Origin: Micavibrio sp.
GTDB lineage: Bacteria > Patescibacteriota > Minisyncoccia > Moranbacterales > GCA-2747515
Assembly: GCA_020718085.1 (NCBI GenBank)
Contig: DYDB01000002.1
Location: 113,161 to 177,160 of the forward strand
Direction: 5' to 3'
Length of the DNA stretch: 64,000 bases
Positions within the stretch are counted from its first letter, which is position 1. Each line of letters begins with the position of its first letter. A program made the position numbers and the translations under genes. Of the stretch, positions 19,377 to 29,943 are shown piece after piece. The notes below the pieces were generated by a model. It saw nothing but the letters and a program-made list of their open reading frames with translations, was not told the DNA's origin and did not search any database.

Positions 19377-19404
19377 AAAAATCACTCGAAAACGGGTGAT
19401 TTTT
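19377..19404 (+). terminator. intrinsic terminator
   Basis: AAAAATCACTCG-AAAA-CGGGTGATTTTT. Confidence 0.7.
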
Positions 19405-19721
19405 GTGTTCATGAAGGAATCTGAAAATGTCATTATTTTTTTGATCATTATTTTTTATAAAAAAGTTTTTGTTGATGGGCATTCTTCACTGTATTATTAA
19501 TGCTATATCAATTCATTTAACTTGTGATAATATAAGTATTTGTAAAATTGAGATGAGAATTATGTGTGGATAGAAGCGGTAAGTTCTTGTTTGCGTCAAA
19601 TAATCGTGTGGTGTATAATGCAAGGTGGAGGGGTGATCTCATGAATAAGCGTTGGACAAGGTCGTAGGCGCTATAGAGACAGTCTATCCGCGTAAATCAG
19701 TTAAGCAGTTGTTTACACATT

Positions 19722-20042
19722 ATGGAGCGAGATGCACAATTTGTTGAAGAGGTAGTAAAAATGCTTGTCGACAATCCTAATGACGTCAAAGTTGATCGCA
19801 AGGTTGATGAAATGGGCGTGCTTATTACATTGGATGTACATCCAGATGATATGGGTATGGTCATTGGCCGCGAGGGTTCTACTGCAAAAGCGCTTCGCAC
19901 ACTACTTCGTGTAGTTGGTGCACGCAACAATGCACGAGTGAACTTGAAGATCAATGAACCGGAGGGTTCCGATCGTCCACGCAGAAATGCTGAGGGTGAG
20001 AAGAAAACTCTTGATGAGGTTGTTGGTGATATTCAAATCTAA
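19722..20042 (+). CDS. khpA: KH-domain RNA-binding protein KhpA
   Basis: LVDNPNDV, DDMGMVIGREGSTAKALRT. Confidence 0.9.
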   Translation: MERDAQFVEEVVKMLVDNPNDVKVDRKVDEMGVLITLDVHPDDMGMVIGREGSTAKALRTLLRVVGARNNARVNLKINEPEGSDRPRRNAEGEKKTLDEVVGDIQI

Positions 20043-20053
20043 AGAACTTTTCA

Positions 20054-20080
20054 CAAACCCGCCGTAAAGGCGGGTTTTTT
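20054..20080 (+). terminator. intrinsic terminator
   Basis: AAACCCGCC-GTAAA-GGCGGGTTTTTT. Confidence 0.85.
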
Positions 20081-20172
20081 GTTTGACTTTTTATAATAAT
20101 TGTTACAGGATTGTGTTAGTAAACGTAAAGTTCTTTTTCATCATATTATTATATATAAAGGGGACATGTACA

Positions 20173-21006
20173 ATATATAAAAGAAAAAATGTTTTGATCA
20201 TTGGAAGTTCTGGATATCTCGGATCCAGTGTTGTGATGTATTTAGCTAGTCATGCAAATGTGACAGTTTCTCATTACACACAAGCAGCTTTTCCGAATTC
20301 CGTAAAGTTTGATTTTTTTAGTGACCATGTGGAAAATACTTTTCAGAAAAAATTTTTTGACGTAGTAATCATTGCAGCAAAGATCGAATTTGACATTCAA
20401 CAGAACTCACTTACTGAAGCAATGAAAAGATTCATCAATTTCTTTCAGGATGCACACATGATCTATATTTCAAGTGACGGAATTTTTGACGGCGTGCGTG
20501 GAATGTATACTGAGATGGATGTGCCAGAGCCAATAACAACATATGGGGAAAACCTTGCAATATGCGAAGAAATTATTAAGAGCAGAAGTTCCGCATGGAG
20601 TATTGTGCGGCCAAGTTATATTTATGGATATTCTCTTGGAATATTGGACGCTCGTTTGGATCGTATGCAAAAGAAGTTGATGGTAGGTGTGGAAAATCCA
20701 TTTGTAGATATGTTCAAGAGTCCTGTGGAAGTGAATTATGCTGCACGAGCAATTGCAGATAGTGCACTTCGTGAAATAGAAGGTATTATACATCTTGCTG
20801 GGTGCAAGATGAGTGTGTACGAATTTTATAAGCGGAGCATGCAGGTGCTTGGAATTTCTGTCAGCAATCTTTTGCCGGGACATATGCCTGCTATGCAACT
20901 TCGCGAGGTGGATATGCTAAAGGACACATCTTTGGATAATACGAAAATGCAAGATCTTTTTGGCCCATGTCCAGTGATAGAAGAATTTTTGAAAGAATTT
21001 TATTGA
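20173..21006 (+). CDS. RmlD-like extended SDR (sugar nucleotide-binding); start codon uncertain
   Basis: LIIGSSGYLG, YISSDGIFDG, IVRPSYIYG; the YxxxK lysine appears substituted (YGENL). Confidence 0.7.
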   Translation: MYKRKNVLIIGSSGYLGSSVVMYLASHANVTVSHYTQAAFPNSVKFDFFSDHVENTFQKKFFDVVIIAAKIEFDIQQNSLTEAMKRFINFFQDAHMIYISSDGIFDGVRGMYTEMDVPEPITTYGENLAICEEIIKSRSSAWSIVRPSYIYGYSLGILDARLDRMQKKLMVGVENPFVDMFKSPVEVNYAARAIADSALREIEGIIHLAGCKMSVYEFYKRSMQVLGISVSNLLPGHMPAMQLREVDMLKDTSLDNTKMQDLFGPCPVIEEFLKEFY

Positions 21007-21076
21007 AAAGTGGTTTACTGCAAAATATATGCAGTAAACCACTTTTATCTTTTAGGTGGTGATATAATGTGAATAT

Positions 21077-21709
21077 ATGGCAAATTTTAAAACACATATT
21101 GGATGGGGTGCGGTGATTGGTGTAACAATGATTGTTTTGGCTTTACTTTATTCTTTTATTTCCGGCTGGGTAGAGATCTTTATGATATTTGGAGCGATTT
21201 TAGTTGGTTCTTTTTTACCTGATATGGATATGGATGATGGCGTGCCATTCCAGATCCTTTTTGGTTTTTTGAGCATTGGGGTTGCAGGAAGTATTTTTTA
21301 TCAACTTTATTCTGATGGTCAAAGAGATGTGCTCACTCTATTTTTGATAACTGGTGCGATATTTATAGGATTACGATTTGTTGTTGGTGAGATCTTTATG
21401 CGATTTACAGATCATCGTGGTATTTGGCACTCCATTCCTGCGGCAATATTTATGGGACTTGTGAGTATGCAAATCATGCGTCGCATCAGTCCGTCTGAAA
21501 ATGATGAATGGTGTGTGTATGTTGGCATTGCCATAATGATCGGGTATCTCGGACATCTGATCCTTGATGAAATTTATGCTTCAGTTAATCTTTCTGGTCA
21601 TTCGCTTTTGCCAAAAAGATCACTTGGAAGTGCACTAAAAATTTATTCACGATCAAAGATCGCAACTGGCATTGTTTATGGAGGTATTGTGTACTTATTA
21701 TTCTCTTGA
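21077..21709 (+). CDS. membrane-bound metal-dependent hydrolase (YdjM-like)
   Basis: FKTH, LPDMD, HRGIWHS, HLILDE. Confidence 0.85.
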   Translation: MANFKTHIGWGAVIGVTMIVLALLYSFISGWVEIFMIFGAILVGSFLPDMDMDDGVPFQILFGFLSIGVAGSIFYQLYSDGQRDVLTLFLITGAIFIGLRFVVGEIFMRFTDHRGIWHSIPAAIFMGLVSMQIMRRISPSENDEWCVYVGIAIMIGYLGHLILDEIYASVNLSGHSLLPKRSLGSALKIYSRSKIATGIVYGGIVYLLFS

Positions 21710-21976
21710 TCACAACAAAACGGATCGAAACAGTGAAAGTAATACATAGATCACAATCGAACCAAAGATCGTGATAAAAGGTGCAAACAAGAAGATCATC
21801 CCCTTTTTCTTAGCGTGTGCTTTTTGTATATCATCGGATCTTTCACTACTTTTAGCGAGAAAAATGATTCCTGTGATACAGGATGGGGCCATGCTGATCA
21901 CGCCAATAACACCAATTAGTGATGTAAACCACATCAAGATACGGAGAACTACTGCAAACAGTGATACATCTTCCAT
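21710..21976 (-). CDS. small membrane protein
   Basis: Two hydrophobic stretches; fills the gap between genes. Confidence 0.6.
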   Translation of the reverse strand: MEDVSLFAVVLRILMWFTSLIGVIGVISMAPSCITGIIFLAKSSERSDDIQKAHAKKKGMIFLFAPFITIFGSIVIYVLLSLFRSVLL

Positions 21977-22083
21977 ATATTTTTTAAGATATTTATATCA
22001 CAATTATAGAGCATACTTACAGAAAGACAAAGCGGAGAGTTCATGGTAGAATGCGTGAGTAAAAAGCATGGTGTGCATAACAT

Positions 22084-22773
22084 ATGTATTGTGTGATTTT
22101 GGCAGCAGGATTGGGAACGCGTATGGGAATATTGACAGAAAATTGTCCCAAGCCGATGTTGCTTATTCATGAAAAACCGAAGCTTGCATATAGCATTGAG
22201 ATGTTACCAGATGTTGTGACGGATGTGGTTTTGGTTGTGGGATATTTGAAAGAGCAGATCATGGAATATTTTGGGCAGTGGTATGAGGGACGGCGTATTC
22301 ACTATATTGTGCAGGAAATCTATAATGGCACGGCAGGTGCGGTGCAATTATGTAATGATGTGATCGATGAAGAAAATTTTCTCGTGATCATGGGAGATGA
22401 TCTATATATGCGTGGTGACCTGGAAAAATTATTGCAATATGACCAGTCATTGCTTGCAACTAGGACGTTGCAAGCGGAAAATTTTGGTCTTGTGGATACT
22501 GATGATGAAAAATATCTTACGGTTGTAATGGAGCGTCCTCACGACAAGAAAAATGGATTGGTAAATACAGGAGCGTATTTTCTCAGTAAAAAATATTTTG
22601 AGGCAAAAATGGTGCAAATTTCCTCAAATGAATATGGCCTTCCACAAACACTTGTGAGTATGTATCCTGTGTGTAAGACAAAAGTTGTGGAAGCCAAAAA
22701 ATGGTTGGCAATAGGCACGCCTGAGGATTTGCGGTGTGCACAAGAAGAAATATTTACATTTATTTCACGATGA
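22084..22773 (+). CDS. sugar-phosphate nucleotidyltransferase (GlmU N-terminal-like)
   Basis: ILAAGLGTRM..LT...PKPML. Confidence 0.9.
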   Translation: MYCVILAAGLGTRMGILTENCPKPMLLIHEKPKLAYSIEMLPDVVTDVVLVVGYLKEQIMEYFGQWYEGRRIHYIVQEIYNGTAGAVQLCNDVIDEENFLVIMGDDLYMRGDLEKLLQYDQSLLATRTLQAENFGLVDTDDEKYLTVVMERPHDKKNGLVNTGAYFLSKKYFEAKMVQISSNEYGLPQTLVSMYPVCKTKVVEAKKWLAIGTPEDLRCAQEEIFTFISR

Positions 22774-22774
22774 T

Positions 22775-23797
22775 ATGAAAAAGAAAAAAATTGTGACAAT
22801 CGGTGGAGGAACTGGCTCTTTTACACTACTCTCAGGAATCAAGCAATATCAATATGACATTACGGCAATTGTGACAATGGCGGATGATGGCGGTTCGACC
22901 GGAAAGTTACGTGATGAATTGGGTGTATTGCCCCCGGGCGATGTGAGACAATGTCTTGTGGCATTATCACACTCATCGGAGGAGTTGCGTGCACTTATGA
23001 ACTACCGTTTTGAAAATGGCGGATTGGAAGGACACAATTTTGGCAATATTTTTCTTTCCGCTTTGGAAAAACTCAACGGAAATTTTTCGGACGGTGTTGC
23101 AGAAGCGATTCGCATTTTGAACGTTAGTGGAAATGTTGTACCGGTAAGTGAGGGAGATATGCGACTTAAAATTCGTTTGAATGATGGACGTATTGTAGTG
23201 GGAGAAAAAGAATTGGATGATAATGATGATATACGCACCACAGGAGTTCATGATGTGCAACTTGCAAAGAGCGTTCGTGCAAATCCCGCAGCAATTTCTG
23301 CAATTGAAAAGGCACATTTCATTATCATTGGGCCCGGTGATCATTATGGAAGTATTGTGCCGAATCTGTTGGTAAATGGAATTAAAACAGCAATCAAAAA
23401 ATCGCGTGCTAAAGTGATATTCATTGCACCGTTGACGAACAAGAAGGGGCTAACTAGCGGTTATTCAGTTGGTACATATATTGAAAGCATTGAAAAAATG
23501 ATCGGGAATACTCGTATAAATTTTGTTGTGCATAATGCAACGGCACCACATAAGGAAATTATTGCGCGATATGAACGTCAAGAAGGTAAGAACTCGCTCG
23601 TGCAACTCGAAACATCCTTTGTTCATTCGTACAAGCTTGTTACAGGCGATCTTTTGCGCAAAGAAAAAATTATACATACAAGAGGCGATGTCTTGGCTCA
23701 TACACGAGCGTTCATTCGTCATGATAGTGAAAAACTTGCACGTGCAATTGCACTTATCACAGAATATGATGATTACAAGACATTTACAATTGCGTAA
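22775..23797 (+). CDS. yvcK: YvcK/GlmR family UDP-GlcNAc-binding protein
   Basis: IGGGTG, DDGGSTGKLR, PPGDVRQCL, RHDSEKLA. Confidence 0.9.
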   Translation: MKKKKIVTIGGGTGSFTLLSGIKQYQYDITAIVTMADDGGSTGKLRDELGVLPPGDVRQCLVALSHSSEELRALMNYRFENGGLEGHNFGNIFLSALEKLNGNFSDGVAEAIRILNVSGNVVPVSEGDMRLKIRLNDGRIVVGEKELDDNDDIRTTGVHDVQLAKSVRANPAAISAIEKAHFIIIGPGDHYGSIVPNLLVNGIKTAIKKSRAKVIFIAPLTNKKGLTSGYSVGTYIESIEKMIGNTRINFVVHNATAPHKEIIARYERQEGKNSLVQLETSFVHSYKLVTGDLLRKEKIIHTRGDVLAHTRAFIRHDSEKLARAIALITEYDDYKTFTIA

Positions 23798-23892
23798 TGA
23801 TCTTATAAAATTACAGGTTCTTAAGGGGTCAATAAAAAAACCACGTGACCGACATTAATAAAATAATGTTTTCATGGTCACGTGGGCTGGGG

Positions 23893-24255
23893 TTATTCTT
23901 TTGAAATTGGCCAGTCAGATGGAAGTGGTGGGTTACAACGAGTGCAATAATTTTCCAGCCACCGTTCACAATCAACTAGTTTTGCGAGATCGTCTAATGG
24001 TTTTTTTGTTGCATAGATCACAATTTGCGTACGCTTTTTTGCATCGCTGGTGCTTCGTACTTCGCGACAAGGCTTTTCAATAAAGCCGAAGTTGCGAAAT
24101 TGTTTAATCCAATAATACGATGCGCCATATGTGATCTTTGCTTTGTGTGCGATTTCTGCAGTCAGCACGCCTCTGTTTTCATAGCGAAGCAGATCTGATA
24201 ATGCAGCGTACACTCTAAATGCGTATTCGCTGGGCAATAGTCTTTCAGAATTCAC
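23893..24255 (-). CDS. hypothetical protein, possible winged HTH
   Basis: Promoter TTGACA-17-TAAAAT, SD GGAGG, GTG start; LTAEIAHKAKITY helix pattern. Confidence 0.6.
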   Translation of the reverse strand: MNSERLLPSEYAFRVYAALSDLLRYENRGVLTAEIAHKAKITYGASYYWIKQFRNFGFIEKPCREVRSTSDAKKRTQIVIYATKKPLDDLAKLVDCERWLENYCTRCNPPLPSDWPISKE

Positions 24256-24576
24256 CTTTCTCCTCCCTTAGAAATTGAGAATATATTTTAAGAACAACGT
24301 AGAATTTTATCATATTAATCATGTAATGTCAATACTATGCCGTCCATGCAAAATGATGTAGGCGGGAAGATCAAATATATAAAAATGTGCGTATGATATT
24401 TATGTTTGATGACAGAGTGTGAATATTATTGTATATTCAGTACTACACACAAGGATCATGAAAGACCTGTGATATGACAACACGTAAAAAAGATCACTCT
24501 CTTTGGATAAATGAATGATCTTTTGTGATCAACGCACAAAGAGAATTATAGGATGTAATTTTATAAGAGGATAAAT

Positions 24577-26337
24577 GTGAAAAAAATAAATATGCAAAAA
24601 TTTCAGCATGACCCACACAGTTTTCTGCTTTTCGTCGTTGGTCAAAAAAAACATTTTTGTTTCATGATGATCATATTCGTTGTCTCTGCTCGTCTACTAT
24701 ATATGACCGTGCCATTTTTTACGAAGCAGATCACAGATGCTCTGACGAATTCTTATGAAAATATGGTGTATCTCAATGTTGGATTATTGTTGGCGGCGAT
24801 CATTCTGAGCACGATATTTTATCGCATAACAGGCTTGATCGCAGCGCGCTGGAATGCCTTTATGGAAGTTCATGCGGCGCAATTGGCTTTTGATTATTTA
24901 ATCGGACACAGTGCACAATATTTTGCGAATCGATTGAGTGGGAAATTGCAAAACAAAGTTTTGAATATCTCTACTGCTGTATCTGGTATCATGCCAATCA
25001 TTTTTTGGGATTTTTTGGATCTTGTAGTAAAGCTCATTTTGTCAGTCGCTCTTGCATTTTCGGTGAATGTGTATATCGGTGGCATATTTCTCTTTTTTAT
25101 TCTCATCTCTGTAAGTCTCAGTGCAGCTATGACGAAGCGGCTTTCTCAGTATTCATGGGAGCAGGCTGATGCGTCGTCAGAGGTACGAGGAACAATGGTT
25201 GATGTTGTGAGCAATATTTTGGCTGTAAAGCAAAATGTTGCAACGGTAAGAGAATCAAAAAATGCGGAGAATGTTTTGGCAAATTATTCTCAAAAAAGAA
25301 AAAGAACGTGGACTTTTTTTGAAAAGATCCTATTTTTGAATAACGTGGTCATATTTTTTATGATCTCCAGCGTGATGATCGTTGCAGTATATTTATGGAA
25401 GTTGGATGCATTGAGTCCTGGGGATATTATCATGATGCTCATGCTCATGAATGGATTGTTTGGAGACTTGCAGTTTTTGAGTAGTTCATTTAATCGCTTT
25501 ATGGAGCGATATGGACAAATGCGCGAGGGCTTGGAAGAGGTATTTGCCCCGTACGCGATCGTGGATCACAGTGCTGCAAAGAATGGTGTGATCAAGAATG
25601 GTGTTATTGTATTTGATAATGTACATTTCCGCTATGAAGAGGAGGATACGCAAGTTGTTTTTGATCATTTATCACTTACTATCTCTGCAGGTCAAAAGGT
25701 TGGTCTTGTCGGAGAATCTGGTGCGGGAAAATCGACATTTGTCAGTTTATTGCTTCGTTTTGTGGAACCAGAGAATGGCAATATTCGTATCGATGGATGT
25801 GATATAGCATATATGCGACAAGATGATCTGCGTGATGCGATCGCGTATGTGCCGCAGGATGCCTTGCTTTTTCACAGATCATTGAAAGATAATATTACAT
25901 ATGGTAATCCGAACGCGACAGATGAAGAGGCTATTACTGCTGCAGGACGTGCATATGCACGTGAATTTATCGAAAAAATGCCGGATAAATATGATACCCT
26001 TGTTGGTGAAAGAGGTATAAAATTGTCTGGCGGACAAAAGCAGCGGGTCATGATCGCTCGCGCAATGCTCAAAAAATCTCCGATTCTTGTTTTGGATGAG
26101 GCAACGAGCGCATTAGATTCACGCTCGGAAAAATATATTCAGGAGGCACTAGAAGGATTGATGAAAAATCGTACGACAATTGTGATCGCACATCGTTTGA
26201 GCACGCTCAAAAAAATGGATCGTATCGTGGTTTTTGATAACGGAAATATTGTTGAAGATGGATCGCATGAGGAATTACTTGCCATAAAGGGGAAATACTA
26301 TATGCTGTGGCAACATCAATCCGGCACTTTAATGTAG
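24577..26337 (+). CDS. ABC exporter, fused permease/ATPase
   Basis: GESGAGKS, LSGGQKQR, LDEATSALD; N-terminal TM domain. Confidence 0.95.
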   Translation: MKKINMQKFQHDPHSFLLFVVGQKKHFCFMMIIFVVSARLLYMTVPFFTKQITDALTNSYENMVYLNVGLLLAAIILSTIFYRITGLIAARWNAFMEVHAAQLAFDYLIGHSAQYFANRLSGKLQNKVLNISTAVSGIMPIIFWDFLDLVVKLILSVALAFSVNVYIGGIFLFFILISVSLSAAMTKRLSQYSWEQADASSEVRGTMVDVVSNILAVKQNVATVRESKNAENVLANYSQKRKRTWTFFEKILFLNNVVIFFMISSVMIVAVYLWKLDALSPGDIIMMLMLMNGLFGDLQFLSSSFNRFMERYGQMREGLEEVFAPYAIVDHSAAKNGVIKNGVIVFDNVHFRYEEEDTQVVFDHLSLTISAGQKVGLVGESGAGKSTFVSLLLRFVEPENGNIRIDGCDIAYMRQDDLRDAIAYVPQDALLFHRSLKDNITYGNPNATDEEAITAAGRAYAREFIEKMPDKYDTLVGERGIKLSGGQKQRVMIARAMLKKSPILVLDEATSALDSRSEKYIQEALEGLMKNRTTIVIAHRLSTLKKMDRIVVFDNGNIVEDGSHEELLAIKGKYYMLWQHQSGTLM

Positions 26338-26362
26338 ATAAAAAGTTTTTTATAACTATGTC

Positions 26363-26974
26363 ATGAAGATTTTTGTGGATTTTGATGATACGCTCTTTGA
26401 TAAATCATGTGGCTTTGTACAAGCGTACAAGGAAATTTTTATGCAATCCGGTGTAGAAGAAAAAAACTTTTTTGATACATTGCATTTTGTTGGAGAGTCC
26501 TATACGCCACAAAAGCATATAATGCGCATAGTAAGAGAGCAACCATCCGTATGTGCGGATCATATTTTGCAAAATATCACACAGTTTCTGCTGCAAAGCA
26601 AAAAATTTGTTTTTTCTGATGTTGTGCGATCCTTGAAAAAGTTTGATTGTGGTGATCTTGTCATCTTGTCTTATGGTGAAAATGATTTTCAAATGCAAAA
26701 GATCATAAACTCTGGATTGATGCAATATGTAAGTGATGTGATCATTACACGGGGTGATAAGTCGCGAGAGGTCGAGGTATATATGCAAAATGATCCAGAT
26801 CACGATATTGCGGTGATCGATGACAGTGTGAATCATCTTGCAAATATTAAAAAAAGATTTTGTACCGCAGTGACAATTCATAAATTGAAAAACAATGAAA
26901 AATGTGCTGTGCAAACATGCGATCATCATATCCAACATTTTGCAGAAGTGTGTGATATACTTAAAAAATGGTGA
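26363..26974 (+). CDS. HAD family hydrolase
   Basis: DFDDTL motif I, VIDD motif IV. Confidence 0.8.
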   Translation: MKIFVDFDDTLFDKSCGFVQAYKEIFMQSGVEEKNFFDTLHFVGESYTPQKHIMRIVREQPSVCADHILQNITQFLLQSKKFVFSDVVRSLKKFDCGDLVILSYGENDFQMQKIINSGLMQYVSDVIITRGDKSREVEVYMQNDPDHDIAVIDDSVNHLANIKKRFCTAVTIHKLKNNEKCAVQTCDHHIQHFAEVCDILKKW

Positions 26975-26989
26975 GATTAAATATATTTT

Positions 26990-29716
26990 ATGGAACAAAA
27001 ACAAACAAAAAAGATCTATGCATACACTACGCAGGAAATTATAGCAAAGTTTCATACATCAGAACATCGTGGACTTACTGACTCTGAAGCACAATCACGA
27101 CTTAAACAGTATGGACGCAATCAACTTGTGCAGAAACGTAGTTGGAAGTGGCTTAAATTAATTCTAAATCAATTCAAAGATGCGCTTGTGTGGATCCTGC
27201 TCGTTGCTGCCGGATTGGCTTTTTTCTTTGGAGAGATGCGGGATGTTGTCATCATTGTCATCATTGTCGGTATTAATGCACTTATTGGGTTTCTCCAAGA
27301 ATTCAAGGCGGAGCGAGTTCTGGCCAGCATCACCAAATTGACAACGGATCAATCACAGGCGATACGCGATGGGAAGAAGCAAGAAATTGATGCGCGTTTT
27401 CTCGTACCGGGTGATGTTGTATTTGTTGCAGCAGGTGATCGTGTGCCGGCGGACGGATTTCTCATTGAGAGCTATGATCTTAAGGTGAACAGTTTCATTT
27501 TTACCGGTGAATCAAAGCCGGAAACAAAATCTGTTAAGACACTTTCTGGAGAAAGCGTTGCGCTTGCAGATATTGATAACATGCTTTTTATGGGAGAAAC
27601 TGTTACGACGGGTGAAGCGCGATATGTGGTGACAGGAACAGGTATGCAAACGGAGCTTGGACGTATTGCACATTTGACCGGTGAGATCAAAGAAGCTCCA
27701 ACGCCCATGCAAAAACAAATGCAACGGTTAAGTAAGAATATTACGATCATTGCTGTGTCGATTGGTACGTGTGTGATGATCATTGGTCAATTTTTTGAGA
27801 TGACAGTATATCATAATTTTCTTTTTGCGCTTGCACTTGCTGTATCAGTGGTACCGGAGGGGCTTCCTGCAGCAATCTCTGTAGCATTGTCACTTGGCAT
27901 GAAAAGGTTGCTTTCAGTAAAGGTGCTGGCAAAAAAGCTCAGTGCGGTGGAGACGCTCGGATCCGTGTCAATTATTTGTACAGATAAAACAGGAACCATC
28001 ACACGAAATGAATTGACTGTGACACATGTTGTGATCAATGACCAAATGCTTACGGTGAGTGGCACGGGCTATAGTTCGGAAGGACATTTTTATATCGATG
28101 GAAAAGCGGTGAATCCTGCACAGGTAAAGAATTTGGAAATGCTCTTTCGTATCGGCACGCTGTGCAATGACGCTAATATCATTTTAAAAGACGGTGTACG
28201 TACAGTTGTGGGTGATCCGACAGAGGGTGCGATCGTTGTTGTGGGAGAAAAGTATAATCCCAAAGAAAATTATTATGAGATTGGTGAGATAAAGATCACG
28301 GAAAATCCATTCTCTTCAGATCGCATGCGCATGAGCGTGGTATATAAAAATCATGATATAAAATCTTTTGTAAAAGGATCTCCGGATGTCATGATCGATC
28401 TCTGTGATACGATCGTGCAAAATGATGTGATCATGCCGTTTACATCAGAGGAAAAGATGCGTATCAAGGAAATGTATAACACCATGTCTGCAGATGCACT
28501 TCGCGTACTTGGATTTGCATATCGCAATCTCACTGATATTGATGCCAAAGATTATCTCGCCGAATCGGAAAAATGCTTAACATGGGTCGGCATGATGGCG
28601 ATGATCGATCCACCTCGCACTGATGTTGCACAGGCAATTTTGGAATGCAAAGAATTGGGGATTAAAGTGGTAATGATCACGGGAGATTATGAAATTACAG
28701 CAAAGGCAATTGCACGAAATATTGATCTTATTGGTGCGGAGGGAACATATGAGATAATTAACGGAAAAACATTGCATGAGCTGTCGGATCGTGACGTGTA
28801 TAACAAGGTAATGAAAAAAGATGTTGTTTTTGCACGTATTGCACCAGAACAAAAGTTACGTATCGCAACAATCCTCAAGGATCATCATCAAGTGATCGCG
28901 ATGACAGGTGACGGTGTAAATGATGCACCAGCACTCAAAAAAGCAGATGTGGGCGTGGCAATGGGCATTATCGGAACGGATGTTTCCAAAGAAGCGGCGG
29001 ATATGATCCTCATGGATGATCGTTTTGCGTCAATTGTTAATGGTGTGAAAGAAGGGCGTACGATCTACCATAATTTACGCAAATTTGTACATTACGTATT
29101 TACATCCAATGCGAGTGAAGTTTTTACGGTCATTATTGGTGTGGTATTTCATATTCCATCGCCGATTACAGCAATTCAGATCCTATCCATTGACTTGGCA
29201 ACGGATGTATTTCCATCTTTTGCGCTTGGCATCGAGCCACCGGAAGGAAAGCATAATGAAAAAGTTGCAAATTCCAAAGAGTCGATCATTAGTTGGCATG
29301 GCGTGTGTCGCTTGGCGTATATGGGCTTAATTATGGCAGTTGGTGCAGCGGGTGCATTTTATTGGTCAATGGTTCGCGGTGGATGGTCATATGGACTGCC
29401 GTATGATGAAAATAGTGAATTATATATGATGGCGACAACAGCTGCCTATGCTGTACTCGCAATGTCACAGATGGCGAATCTCGTACAATCTCGCAGTGAG
29501 ACACTCTCGCCATTCGCATTGGGTTTTTTCAAAAACAAATTTCTTATTGTCTCAATCGGTATGTCATTCGGTATTTTGATGCTGTTCATGTATGTGCCGA
29601 TCTTTCAGACGTATCTTGGTATGCGTCCAATTGTGTGGCAAGACTGGATGATCGTTGGCATCACAACGTTTGCTGTATACATTGCAGAGAACATTCGTAA
29701 AGTGTGGTTTGTGTAG
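26990..29716 (+). CDS. cation-transporting P-type ATPase (type II)
   Basis: TGES, PEGL, DKTGT, TGDGVND. Confidence 0.95.
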   Translation: MEQKQTKKIYAYTTQEIIAKFHTSEHRGLTDSEAQSRLKQYGRNQLVQKRSWKWLKLILNQFKDALVWILLVAAGLAFFFGEMRDVVIIVIIVGINALIGFLQEFKAERVLASITKLTTDQSQAIRDGKKQEIDARFLVPGDVVFVAAGDRVPADGFLIESYDLKVNSFIFTGESKPETKSVKTLSGESVALADIDNMLFMGETVTTGEARYVVTGTGMQTELGRIAHLTGEIKEAPTPMQKQMQRLSKNITIIAVSIGTCVMIIGQFFEMTVYHNFLFALALAVSVVPEGLPAAISVALSLGMKRLLSVKVLAKKLSAVETLGSVSIICTDKTGTITRNELTVTHVVINDQMLTVSGTGYSSEGHFYIDGKAVNPAQVKNLEMLFRIGTLCNDANIILKDGVRTVVGDPTEGAIVVVGEKYNPKENYYEIGEIKITENPFSSDRMRMSVVYKNHDIKSFVKGSPDVMIDLCDTIVQNDVIMPFTSEEKMRIKEMYNTMSADALRVLGFAYRNLTDIDAKDYLAESEKCLTWVGMMAMIDPPRTDVAQAILECKELGIKVVMITGDYEITAKAIARNIDLIGAEGTYEIINGKTLHELSDRDVYNKVMKKDVVFARIAPEQKLRIATILKDHHQVIAMTGDGVNDAPALKKADVGVAMGIIGTDVSKEAADMILMDDRFASIVNGVKEGRTIYHNLRKFVHYVFTSNASEVFTVIIGVVFHIPSPITAIQILSIDLATDVFPSFALGIEPPEGKHNEKVANSKESIISWHGVCRLAYMGLIMAVGAAGAFYWSMVRGGWSYGLPYDENSELYMMATTAAYAVLAMSQMANLVQSRSETLSPFALGFFKNKFLIVSIGMSFGILMLFMYVPIFQTYLGMRPIVWQDWMIVGITTFAVYIAENIRKVWFV

Positions 29717-29943
29717 TAATGAAAATACATGGTGTATAATAGAGTACTTTCAGTGTGTGTCGTTCGGCATTTTTCCATTCGAAATTCAATCAAAATGAAC
29801 AATTCATAATTTAAAATTTTTTTAGCAAATAATCCTTTATTTAAGCCAAAAAATTTTGAAATGGGTGTGAATATAAAAATCGAGAAATGCCTAAAAATAA
29901 ATAAAAATGGTACAATGATTGCATAAATATTCATACAATTTTT

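Noticed and set aside
23835..23885. CCACGTGACC...GGTCACGTGG as a parS or operator site
   Set aside because: It lies between convergent genes and does not match the parS consensus; better read as a terminator-like hairpin
24440..24576. Third attenuator upstream of the ABC exporter
   Set aside because: Short ORFs and a weak hairpin exist, but there is no biased codon run and no competing antiterminator
29717..29943. glmS ribozyme
   Set aside because: Very AT-rich region with no recognisable conserved core
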